Below, piece after piece: positions 10,518 to 20,367 of a stretch of 64,000 nucleotides of DNA. The notes beneath the pieces were generated by a model. It had not been told where the DNA came from. It saw nothing but the letters and a program-made list of their open reading frames with translations, and did not search any database. The DNA lies in NCBI GenBank assembly GCA_046582655.1, contig JAYGDX010000016.1:64001-128000 (forward strand), read 5' to 3'. A program made the position numbers and the translations under genes. The DNA is from Candidatus Poribacteria bacterium. GTDB lineage: Bacteria > Poribacteria > WGA-4E > UBA9662. Position 1 is the stretch's first letter, and the number at the start of each line of letters is the position of its first letter.

Positions 10518-11603
10518 ATGTATTCGCAGCCAATCCCAGATAAATATTATAAGCTAACCGAGCAAGAAGTTGACGAACGGATATATAAAGCAAAGGAAGA
10601 GTTAGGAAATCGACTTGTTATACTAGGACACCACTATCAACGTGATGAAGTAATTCGTTTTGCTGACTATCGTGGCGATTCACTGAAATTATCCCAGCTT
10701 GCGTCAAGCCGTCCGGAGGTAGACTATATCGTTTTTTGCGGTGTACACTTTATGGCAGAAAGCGCTGATATTCTTAGTGAAGATCACCAGAAAGTGAACT
10801 TGCCGGATTTAAATGCCGGTTGCCACATGGCTGATATGGCAGATCTAGATCTTGTGGAAGAATGCTGGGAGCAGTTAAATGATGTTGTTGGTGATAAAAT
10901 TATGCCGATTACTTATATTAATTGTACTGCTGATTTGAAAGCTTTCGTCGGACAACATGATGGTGCCGTATGTACGTCGTCAAACGCTGGTGCTGTTCTT
11001 GAATGGGGCACGGTACAAAAAGGACAGCTTCTCTTTTTCCCTGACCAACATCTTGGTCGAAACACTGGCGTTAAATATGGCATTGATCTTAGTGAAATGA
11101 TTCTCTGGGATCCATATGAAGACCTAGGTGGGAACACAGAAGAAGAAATTGAGAAATCGAAACTTATCCTCTGGAAAGGCTGTTGTCCAGTACACCAACT
11201 GTTTACAACTAAGCAGGTAAGAAGACTTCGTGAGCAAATCCCGGACATCCAGATCCTTGTGCATCCAGAATGTCGTTACGAAGTTGTCCAGGAGTCCGAT
11301 TTGAATGGATCAACTGCTTTCATCATAAAAACAATTGAGGAGGCCCCAGCTGGTTCATCTTGGGGAATTGGTACGGAGATGCATTTGGTTAACCGACTTG
11401 CTCAAGAACATCAAGATAAATTTATTACTTCAGTTGATCCAAATATGTGCCTTTGTACAACCATGAATCGGATCGATGCTCCGCATCTACTTTGGTCTCT
11501 CGAGAATTTGCTTGAAGACGAGGTTGTGAACCAGATTAGCGTTCCACAAGACATCAGCTACTGGGCAAAAGCATCACTTGATCGAATGTTGGATATCACA
11601 TAA
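10518..11603 (+). CDS. nadA: Quinolinate synthase A
   Basis: ILGHHYQRDEV, GDSLKL, FCGVHFMAESA, AGCHMADM, CTSSNA, PDQHLGRN, HPEC, C-terminal CLCTTM; ATG 10518 follows a GGAG RBS. Confidence 0.95.
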   Translation: MYSQPIPDKYYKLTEQEVDERIYKAKEELGNRLVILGHHYQRDEVIRFADYRGDSLKLSQLASSRPEVDYIVFCGVHFMAESADILSEDHQKVNLPDLNAGCHMADMADLDLVEECWEQLNDVVGDKIMPITYINCTADLKAFVGQHDGAVCTSSNAGAVLEWGTVQKGQLLFFPDQHLGRNTGVKYGIDLSEMILWDPYEDLGGNTEEEIEKSKLILWKGCCPVHQLFTTKQVRRLREQIPDIQILVHPECRYEVVQESDLNGSTAFIIKTIEEAPAGSSWGIGTEMHLVNRLAQEHQDKFITSVDPNMCLCTTMNRIDAPHLLWSLENLLEDEVVNQISVPQDISYWAKASLDRMLDIT

Positions 11604-11670
11604 TTTCAGCTCCTCCTTAAAAACGAGTTCGCTTCAATCTCAAAGTAGACCAAATCCTGCTTCCTCCAAA

Positions 11671-11917
11671 GCTTACACAACCCGGATTCTTAATTCTGAT
11701 TCCGGGTTTTTTTATGCCGATTAACGAGAAACTCGTCGCCATTCGATGATCATATAAGTGCCTATTTCGGCCGATTGCATCTCTGATGCCAGTTCAATTT
11801 CAATCGCGTCGTTATATTTGGTGATACTGACACCAAGTTTTCGCAACTCGGTTGCCACTGCGTGAATGCGGTCGGTCTCCTGCCAGCAGGGACATGTTCA
11901 ATATTTCGGATCAAGGT
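11671..11917 (-). pseudogene. aroA: C-terminal fragment of EPSP synthase
   Basis: Manual translation across two frameshifts: TLIRNIEHV / WQETDRIHAVATELRKLG...AEIGTY / [27 protein letters not shown], matching the AroA ETDR and DHRMA motifs. Confidence 0.8.
11679..11713 (+). terminator. Possible intrinsic terminator for nadA (lies inside the aroA remnant)
   Basis: AACCCGGA...TCCGGGTT stem followed by a T run. Confidence 0.45.
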
Positions 11918-11948
11918 TTATACTACTTGATTTAACCGTTTGCCATCG

Positions 11949-13277
11949 TTAGATTTCTTCAAGATATTTCAAGCGAGTTGGGCGGCGGAGTTTGTCGAGG
12001 GCTTCTCCCTGAATCTGGCGCACTCGTTCTCGGCTCAATTCCAGTATAGATCCAATTTCGGCCAAGGTATATTCATGGTTATCGGTTAAGCCGTAACGAT
12101 GCTGAATCACTAGTTTTTCACGTGGTGATAGTACATTTAAGAACTTATCTATCACTTCCTTCTCTGAAGTTAAGAGTAACTCCTGATCGGGTGAAGTCTG
12201 GTTCTCGTCCAGCAAGAAGTCAGAGATTGTGGCATCGGGTGAGGAATCTCTAATAGGCGAATCAAGGGAAACCATGCCGGATGTAGCCTGTAGAATTTCA
12301 GCCGCACGTGTCTGGCTCAGGCCGGCCTCTTCTGCTAATTCTTCCATGTTTGGATCTCTCTCTAACCGATGGAATAATAGAGACTGTGCCTTGCCAATGG
12401 ATCTTCGAGCAGCCAGCAAATGGCCGGGAACGCGAATTGTCCGGCTTTGGTTATCCAACGAGCGTATAATTGTCTGCTTAACCCACCAATAAGCGTAAGT
12501 GGAGAAACGACATCCTTTCTGCAAATCGAATTTGTCTGCCGCCTTCATCAGTCCGATGCTTCCTTCCTGCATCAGATCCAGAAAGGAGAGCGGATTCCCA
12601 TTGAATAGATATCGTTTAGCTATGCTAGCTACCAGAAGAAGGTTGGCCTCTACAATCTTCTTCTTCAGATGGCACATCCTTTGGGTGGCATCGTTTAATG
12701 CCATCCAGAGTACATTTAAGCGTTGTAAGTGTTGACTTTCCACAGGATAATCTAATACTTCTTGACTTCCTTGTGTTTGAATTTTCTGGTAAGCTTTGAT
12801 TTCTTGATGAATCTGATCTAGAATGGCGGCAATCTGCATCGAACTCCACCACCTACCTTCTTGATCGGAGTCAAAGATCTGCTTAGTCTTCGGTCTTAGG
12901 TTACGCTTCTGTTTGAATCTGAGTTGAACCGACTGCAGAGTAGAAGGTGGAAGCTGGTGAAATAATTTCGTGACTCGTTGTGTGGCATCCTCAAACTTCT
13001 GGAAGAGTTCAACTTCCTGCTGTTGACTTAGCAAAGGTATTCTGGCAATTTGCTGAAGATAAACAAAGGCACTATCCGTTGGCTCATTAGTCACCTCTGC
13101 TGGTGATTGAAAGGATTGAATTGAATAATTATGGTCAGAAGGTTGCAGTGCCTGAATCTGCATATCACCTGATTCCTCAGCTGGTAGCAAAGCTGACAGG
13201 GATTGGGCGTCAACTTCATGACTGTCTGTCAATTGATCACCAACAGGACTATATATGAATTCATCTTGATTAGGCAT
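11949..13277 (-). CDS. Sigma-70 family RNA polymerase sigma factor (RpoD/RpoS-like, no evident region 1.1)
   Basis: Region 1.2 [12 protein letters not shown]; region 2 [36 protein letters not shown]; region 4 [15 protein letters not shown]. Confidence 0.9.
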   Translation of the reverse strand: MPNQDEFIYSPVGDQLTDSHEVDAQSLSALLPAEESGDMQIQALQPSDHNYSIQSFQSPAEVTNEPTDSAFVYLQQIARIPLLSQQQEVELFQKFEDATQRVTKLFHQLPPSTLQSVQLRFKQKRNLRPKTKQIFDSDQEGRWWSSMQIAAILDQIHQEIKAYQKIQTQGSQEVLDYPVESQHLQRLNVLWMALNDATQRMCHLKKKIVEANLLLVASIAKRYLFNGNPLSFLDLMQEGSIGLMKAADKFDLQKGCRFSTYAYWWVKQTIIRSLDNQSRTIRVPGHLLAARRSIGKAQSLLFHRLERDPNMEELAEEAGLSQTRAAEILQATSGMVSLDSPIRDSSPDATISDFLLDENQTSPDQELLLTSEKEVIDKFLNVLSPREKLVIQHRYGLTDNHEYTLAEIGSILELSRERVRQIQGEALDKLRRPTRLKYLEEI

Positions 13278-13914
13278 GACATTCCTTATATTTTAAAACA
13301 ATGTCGAATATTACCTTCGACTGACACCTAATTCCCAATTACTTTATCTACCTGCCAACTTGTAATTTTCTATCAGCCCCGGTAATTTTCATTGTATTCT
13401 TCTCTCATTTTAGTCTCTTGAATGTTGTTCAAAAAAGATTGAACAGTGTTTATGGCTATAATGGCATCCCTTTTTTTTGCCAGCCCCCTAGCGATAGTAA
13501 GCTGGTTGTTATTTCCAAAGTCGGAGTGAAAATAACTTAACTATCAGACAAACGTGGGTGAAGGAAAGGCCTCTCAACTAATGTCATGCTAATTAAAGTT
13601 AGGAATTCTTACGATACTGCGATGAACGCGGGGGAGGATGCTGAATATTTATTATAGCTTAAGGAAACGAATGTAGATGAGGGGTTAGAAAACGATTTGC
13701 CAGCCATATTTAATTAATCGTAATCAAGTTGGGTTTCGTTTACTTGCACATAGCAAATTTACAATAAAAAGGCCGGGTAACGAGTAACAGTAATCAATTG
13801 TTTGCATCTTTTTCAGAGACGTGTTGTTTCATGGCAGCACCAATAATGCGTGCGATCCCCTCTCTTAGTAACCTTTAGTGCTAGTTATTCGTGGTCATAG
13901 GTAGAGATGATTGA

Positions 13915-14215
13915 CTTCCTTTCGTTAATACAAGTGAATCATCAAAAACTTGATTGACGAAAGGAAGAATACCTGATGACCACAATAGATTTTATCACAC
14001 AATCGTTTTGTTGTGTAGATGATAAACTTAGAGAATCTGGACCAAACCACAAACACAGCCAAGCCAAACTCTATCCTTCTGAAGTCGTAACTTTGGCTTT
14101 ACTTTATGCACTCAAGGGATGCGGAAGAGAAGGGATTACCGTCCCCTCTTTCCTTCTCTTCCGCATCCAACCAGACTCTTTCGCCTTTTCAACTCTCATG
14201 GTCACCACCTAGAGG
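13915..14215 (+). mobile_element. Degenerate insertion sequence, IS982-like transposase N-terminal fragment
   Basis: MTTIDFITQSFCCVDD..KHSQAKLYPSEVVTLALLYALKG then, after a frame change, RDYRPLFPSLPHPTRLFRLFNSH; no DDE core follows. Confidence 0.65.
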
Positions 14216-14357
14216 ACTTCTGTCTTCCCTCCCTAACACGTGATACCATGCCCTCGTCTTGGTTCCCGGGGCAGTCTCCCCGGATTAATGACTCTTGTAC
14301 CTCGAAGAATATGGGCCGACTGACTCGACCATACAAATCAAAAAATCTGTATACGCC

Positions 14358-14745
14358 ATGCCAACCTCTCCATCTGGATCCACCTGGCTGAATGGGAAAA
14401 GACTCTGGGTGGCACCGCTGGATATTTACACTGACTTTAAAGATGCCCAGAGGTTCTGAAACCGGCTCTTTCTCGCGACTTTGTTCTATAAAAGGGATTG
14501 TTCTCCGAGTCATCAGCGCTATCGACATCGCTCTCTGGAGCTTGAAGGGACTTGTTGCAGGCTAACCCGTCTACGCATTGGCACTTCACTTGGTCGGACG
14601 CGACAAGATGTGTGAGGAAGCAAAAGCTTGTATTGCCGAGGGATACCGGGCTATGAAGATGCAGTTCACCTAGGGTTACAGAGATGGCGAGAATAGCAGC
14701 TAACGGTCGCAAAGCTGTAAGGCTAGACATTTCTCTGATGGCTTT
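14358..14745 (+). pseudogene. Remnant of a mandelate racemase/enolase family gene
   Basis: Manual translation VISAIDIALWSLKGLVAG*PVYAL and EEAKACIAEGYRAMKM with stops and deletions; ends approximate. Confidence 0.6.
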
Positions 14746-14923
14746 TACTACTTCGGGCTATAGCACTGTTCAAATCTAGGATGTGGATTGTCTAACTTCA
14801 GTATTCCTGATTATGAATCTAGCTAGATACCGGTTGGAACGAATTAAACCCTAATGAAGTTAAAAGACCTTCATCGTTGACAAAGCAATATTTTCCTGAA
14901 AAATTGGAAATCTCCTCTGTGTT

Positions 14924-15724
14924 TCATCCCCAACGTTGTTCTGGTGGGTTAAATAGAAAACCATGAAATAGCTGGCGACGCTCTGGAGGCAAATCATTGT
15001 AGAATTCTTGGCTATATCCCCAATGTTCTTGTGAGGCAATCATCCATGGGTGTTCATAGGCGTAATATAACATAATTCGTTTGCCATCGTCTTTGGTCCA
15101 AGGTCCACCGGAGTGCCAAAGCGCATTGTGGAACAGGATGGCAGTGCCAGCAGGGGCACAAATTTGTATTGCTCCTGGGAATAAATCCGTTTTTTGTAAA
15201 TCTTCAGAATCTGGATTGTATTCTGCTTTGTGGCTACCGGGAACAACACATAGATTCCCCTGTCCTGATTCTGTCATATCCGTTAAATAGTACCCGATCT
15301 TCAGTTGCAGAAAAGGAATTGGTGCTCCTAACCTACGGTAACCTTCATCATGTCCATCTATATGCCATCCCATGCCACGTCCTTTAGGGCCATATTCAAC
15401 AATTGCATCGGATGCATGATGATGTGGTTTTTCATTGAGTAACCCTATTATATATGGCCATATCTCTGGCAGATCAATCATATCCAGAAAAAGCGGATCA
15501 TCATCTAAAATATAAAATATTCTAGTGTTATCACCATTGATATTGATCATGCCAGTCTTCGTAGTTCCTTTCTCTTCTGCCTGACATCGCTGATCAATGA
15601 CCTGATAAAGTGTATCAAGCAATATCTCAACATGACTTTTCTGAAGTAAATTTTCTAAAACTAAATAACCGTTATTATCAAAAAAAAAGCGTTCAGAGGT
15701 TGTCGGGTTAGTATTATTTGTCAT
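14924..15724 (-). CDS. Phytanoyl-CoA dioxygenase (PhyH) family Fe(II)/2OG oxygenase
   Basis: FFDNNGYLVLENLL, WHID (HxD), GNLCVVPGSHK, AGTAILFHNALWHSG. Confidence 0.9.
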   Translation of the reverse strand: MTNNTNPTTSERFFFDNNGYLVLENLLQKSHVEILLDTLYQVIDQRCQAEEKGTTKTGMININGDNTRIFYILDDDPLFLDMIDLPEIWPYIIGLLNEKPHHHASDAIVEYGPKGRGMGWHIDGHDEGYRRLGAPIPFLQLKIGYYLTDMTESGQGNLCVVPGSHKAEYNPDSEDLQKTDLFPGAIQICAPAGTAILFHNALWHSGGPWTKDDGKRIMLYYAYEHPWMIASQEHWGYSQEFYNDLPPERRQLFHGFLFNPPEQRWG

Positions 15725-16162
15725 CTTTATCTTCTATATCCAAGGTTAGTCGAACTTGGATCCCTTCGATGAACTTCATACTTTAGATTCTACAGTTGCG
15801 GAAATAATTAATATTTTTAACTATCAACAGTTTAATTTGGATAGAATGTATTATCTATTTTATTCTTTTGACACCGCTCAGTCAAACAATACCCATGCCT
15901 CAATTGAATAATATCTCCAAGTCGCAGTAAATTTAGGTGTTATGCTCAGCGGTAACATCTAATCAACTTCAACCGTAGTTAATTTGCTATCATTGTAGCG
16001 CTATAGCATTTGAAGGCAAAATTGCTCCAGTTGCCGAACATCATTTAGTGACTTCCCATTGTTCCTGATATGATCTCGTGCTTTTTTGGTTGATATGATT
16101 GAGGCACTTGGGTCTTTGTGCACAATGAGTTTAGCCGATGGTTCAGCTTAAATATCAGGAAT

Positions 16163-16580
16163 TTAGGCTGCTGATGGATCATGAAGCAAGGCTTGGTAGT
16201 TGTTCTCTGCCAATGCTTTGAAGGTTTTCATCAGATATTTCATGCTGCTGAAACCTGTCGCCTGCGCAATTTCAGATAGTGTTTGGTCATAGCTGAGGAG
16301 TAATTGCTTGGTACGTTCGATTCAGGCGCGACGCAGTATAGAGCCGGGGTGATGTCAAGTTTTCACGGAAGACTAAGAAGAGATTGGTCCGACCGACCCC
16401 AAGTGTCTAAGCCGGTTTGATGACATTGGCAAGTGTGTGAAGGCTGAAGTTGTTGTGCACGCCCGCTCTACTAGGCCGTCGTAAATGCTGTTTTTCTTAT
16501 CGTCAAGACCATACTTTCTATAGACACTGGCGAATCTATAGAGTAAAGCGGCCACATCATAATGACGCTGCTTTAGGTGC
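16163..16580 (-). pseudogene. AraC-family regulator remnant
   Basis: Manual translation LRRA*IERTKQLLLSYDQTLSEIAQATGFSSMKYLMKTFK (second AraC HTH) with stops and frameshifts upstream; 5' end approximate. Confidence 0.65.
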
Positions 16581-16967
16581 CGGCTCGGCGCAAATCACGC
16601 ATGCAGGCTGCGATCTGATCTCTATTGGCAACACGCCAGCAAGGGCCATCGGGTGTAAATCCGCATCCGGAAGCAAAGGCAACCGCCTCTGTCCTCGAAT
16701 ATGCAACTAAGCGTATTGCCAAGGATCAGGCCTTCAAAAAACCCATAATGAATGCTCGGCAAGGGACAAAACATATTTCTAACTTCTATCCTACGTTCCT
16801 GACCTAAACAGTGAATAGTACCTATTCCCTACAAAATCAGATGAGGGACCGCAACAGTTGCCGGGTCAAACATAAATCGGCATCCTCTATAGAGCTACAC
16901 TGATGCAACCGGTGGGGATACGTAACCCCAACGCTGGTATCGATCGCCGCATAAACCTGGCGCTGGC

Positions 16968-17609
16968 ATGGTCGAAATGTATCAGCATCAATCCATGTGG
17001 AACGTCTACCAACATCCGCCGATTCATCAAATCTATACCGAAGTTTATGGAACAGAACGAATTTGGGTTTACCCTGACCGGGTCAATATGAAACCGCCTC
17101 TGCATCCCGACCATCCTGATTGGGACCATAAGGGCATGTATCACTGGGATGTGAACACCTCAAAGCTACCAGTCCGTTTCGGAACGCAAGGCGTTCTGTT
17201 TCTAACGCACACGGCTGACAATCAGGGCTCCTTTATCTGTTGGCCTAGGGCACATAAGTCGCTGATCAACAAGGAGAGCCCTTGGGTTCCAGAAATTTCG
17301 CTGGGTGACTTCATTCAAGTACCCGCCAAGGTTGGATCACTGCTGATCTGGCATATTGCACTTCCGCATGCGAAACGGACTAATACCTCTAATAGCCCAC
17401 GACTGGCCCAATACAGGAACTACTACCCAGTTCCTGACCCAATGGATGAGGAACGGCGACAAGAACGGATCACGCTGTGGCAAGAGCGAAGGGCCCTCGG
17501 CCGAGGTGCCTATCCTGGTGAGCCACGTGGATGGGAAGCAAAAAATTATGGTTCAGCAGAACTGACACCGCTTGGGCGAAAACTGCTTGGACTCGATTGT
17601 TGGGACTAA
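16968..17609 (+). pseudogene. PhyH family dioxygenase, 5'-truncated
   Basis: HWDVN (HxD), QGVLFLTHT, AKVGSLLIWHIALPH, PRLAQY; the usual N-terminal GY-containing segment is missing. Confidence 0.65.
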
Positions 17610-17638
17610 TTAATGGCAACGAAATTTGTTAAGGAGAA

Positions 17639-18790
17639 ATGGTGCATCTAATGAAAATTAAAAGAGTTGAGATTCTGACCAACAAAGAACCGATTCGGCT
17701 AACGGAACCATGGCGACCGGCTTGGCGAGAACCCGACGGCGTACACACGACTGACTTCACCCTCTCGCTCTATAAAGTCTATACCGATCAAGGAATTATT
17801 GGCTATGGGCCAAATCTAGGTGGGGATCCCAAGCTACTGCGTGGACTGAACCCATTTTATATCAGGAAATTTTGGCATAATCATATGGGCGGAAAACGGG
17901 CAGGTGATTCAGGGAAAAGAGCGGCAGGGCTCGAAATCGCACTTTGGGACATCGTAGGGAAAGCTGCTCGTCAGCCAGTTCACCAATTGCTCGGTGCCAG
18001 TTGTCAGAAGATCCCTGTTTATGCGGCAACCAGTCGGTTACTTGAAATCAGCCAACATATTGAACAGGTAAAAACGCTGATCAACTTCGGTTTTAAGGCC
18101 GTCAAACTGAGGTTGCATCGACCTGACCCTTGGGCTGACGTAGCAGTAATAGAAGCCGTCAGAAGTGCGGTCGGAGATACCGTTGAAATTTTGGTTGATG
18201 CAAATCAAAATAACTCTTCTGAGGTCTACAATTTTTGGTCTAGGCAAACAGCACAACAGGTAGCTAGAGAACTAGATCTACTGAACGTCTACTTTCTGGA
18301 GGAGCCGTTGCCGAGAAACGATGTGGAAGGGCTAGCCGAGATTTCGGCTTCGGTTGATATGTTCATTGCAGGTGGGGAACATACACCAGTTGTTGCCGAT
18401 TTCAAGTCACACATCTTAGCTGGATCTTATGACATTCTGCAACCCGATATCACACTGGCTGGTAATTTTGGGATTACAGGGCTAAGAGAAATATCGAGCG
18501 TGGCAGACTTCTTTGGGAAATTGGTGATTCCACACGTCACCGGAAATGGGAACTTTTTTATCACGCTGGCGGCCACATTACAAGCTATGGCGACAGTTGA
18601 TAACTGCCCCATGGTCGAATTTCCTTACGACCCGCCTATCTTGACGCCTGATACGATGCAGACCTTACTAGCTGAACCAATCTGGATCGACAACGATGGA
18701 TCTGTCGAAGTGCCAAACAAACCGGGTATCGGTATCGAGATTGACGAAGATCGGCTCGCCTTAGAAGTTAGCTTGGCTTGGGAAATCTAG
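17639..18790 (+). CDS. Mandelate racemase/muconate lactonizing enzyme family protein
   Basis: GLEIALWDIVGK, KAVKLR (KxR), LVDAN, FLEEP, AGGE, QPD, PGIGIEID; AAGGAG RBS. Confidence 0.9.
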   Translation: MVHLMKIKRVEILTNKEPIRLTEPWRPAWREPDGVHTTDFTLSLYKVYTDQGIIGYGPNLGGDPKLLRGLNPFYIRKFWHNHMGGKRAGDSGKRAAGLEIALWDIVGKAARQPVHQLLGASCQKIPVYAATSRLLEISQHIEQVKTLINFGFKAVKLRLHRPDPWADVAVIEAVRSAVGDTVEILVDANQNNSSEVYNFWSRQTAQQVARELDLLNVYFLEEPLPRNDVEGLAEISASVDMFIAGGEHTPVVADFKSHILAGSYDILQPDITLAGNFGITGLREISSVADFFGKLVIPHVTGNGNFFITLAATLQAMATVDNCPMVEFPYDPPILTPDTMQTLLAEPIWIDNDGSVEVPNKPGIGIEIDEDRLALEVSLAWEI

Positions 18791-18881
18791 CAGAGAAGTT
18801 CAAGCTGAAGGATCCGTATGCGGAACAATACCTCTATCGAATCGAAGGCTATCGGATTACTTAATAGAATGGGTAGGGAAC

Positions 18882-18908
18882 GTCGGTGTTGCCTAAAGCA
18901 ACGCCGGC
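18882..18908. terminator. GC-rich stem-loop between convergent genes
   Basis: GTCGGTGTTGC-CTAAA-GCAACGCCGGC (11 bp with G-U pairs), no clear T tail. Confidence 0.35.
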
Positions 18909-19034
18909 AGCCAAGCTAGGGAGCACTTAGGTGCAAATCTGGGTTACACATGAGTTTGATCTTTTAAATATTCTTGAGGAAACTTGGTTTTGAGGCCAAC
19001 AGCCATCTAAACCGAAACCAGCCGAAACAGCTGG

Positions 19035-19979
19035 TTAAAGTTCCTGTTCGATAAATTCGTCTATGATTTCATCCGTTAATGGCTGACTGACTGCGCTGGC
19101 GTTCATCTCCAATTGTTCGATGTTTAAACTGCCAATTGGATTGCCGTGAATGCGTTCCTCACGCAAACAAAATTGCAGAGCCACAGCTAAGAGGCTCACT
19201 TCTTTATCGAGACACCACTGGCGCATCTGCGTTGCTCGTTTGATGCTTGGATTTTCTTGATCCCGTTCGGACAAATCAATACCAGTTAATAGACCACGAG
19301 CGATTGACCATCCGTTCAAAACTCCAATATCCCGAGCTGCGGCTGCTGGCAGGACACTATCTGCGGCTGACTGACCGAACAGGTTATAATCGTTAAAGGT
19401 TAGTAGGTTATCGACGTCACCTGTCTCAATAGCTTGAAGATGAAAATGGTGTGGGTTCATAGCAAAACCAACATTTCGGGCTAATCCTCGGCTCTTCAAT
19501 TGCAGCAATCCTGAAAAGGTGCCATTTTTGGTCAAGGTGGGATCAATCTCGCGTGGATCATGAATAAACACTACGTCAAAATAATCTGTGCCAACTAATT
19601 CTAACTGTTTTTCAACATTGGCAATGGCGTAATCAGCAGAATGGTTAATCTCGCTAATAGTCGTATAGTCTATACCATCCCACTCATAATTGCGTTCGCA
19701 ACAGACCCGAACACTGATAATCACTTCTTCTCGTTTGATAGTGCCGTTTTTGATGGCAACGCCCAGTTTGCGTTGCGAGTCACCATAGCAGAGCGCCGCA
19801 TCAAAGTGGTTAATGCCGATATCCACAGCTCGTCGAATCAGCTGACAGGCTTCTTCGTCCGAGACGGGGCCGAAGTTGTTGCCGAATCCTTGCGTTCCAT
19901 AAGGTACTACCGGGATCTCAAGTCCACTTTTGCCCCATCTGCGACGGGGTACATTAAATTCACTTTGGGCACTCACCAT
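19035..19979 (-). CDS. Aldo/keto reductase family protein
   Basis: RRWGKSGLEI, GINHFDAALCYGDSQ, DYFDVVFIHDP, AVALQFCL. Confidence 0.85.
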   Translation of the reverse strand: MVSAQSEFNVPRRRWGKSGLEIPVVPYGTQGFGNNFGPVSDEEACQLIRRAVDIGINHFDAALCYGDSQRKLGVAIKNGTIKREEVIISVRVCCERNYEWDGIDYTTISEINHSADYAIANVEKQLELVGTDYFDVVFIHDPREIDPTLTKNGTFSGLLQLKSRGLARNVGFAMNPHHFHLQAIETGDVDNLLTFNDYNLFGQSAADSVLPAAAARDIGVLNGWSIARGLLTGIDLSERDQENPSIKRATQMRQWCLDKEVSLLAVALQFCLREERIHGNPIGSLNIEQLEMNASAVSQPLTDEIIDEFIEQEL

Positions 19980-20367
19980 ACATCTCCTTCAATTTCAGAT
20001 AGTTGAAATGCTTGAATCCAGCGAAAATTTAGTGGGATTTTCTGGATTTTGCCTGTTTCACTTGTACTGTTCGATATTGGTTAGGTAGAAAAAGCTCTTG
20101 GCGCACTTGTTATGACAAATTCTACCGTTTCTGTAAGGAGCTTATTATACTTCACTTTGCGGAAATATTTTGCAGAAATCAACCAATAATGTACAGCATT
20201 CCGCATTTAGGAATGCCTAAGACCACAAAAACCGATTATAATTATTGGGAATAATAATCGGTTTTTTCCAAAATCGATGTTTACCTAACGGCTACTGGAA
20301 AGTTTGATTTGCTCAACATCACCAATTGTTGCTTTGCGATATGGATAGGATGCTAGGGGTTAAGGAA

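Noticed and set aside
14202..14730. Two minus-strand ORFs of about 100 aa
   Set aside because: Shadows of the plus-strand enolase-family remnant.
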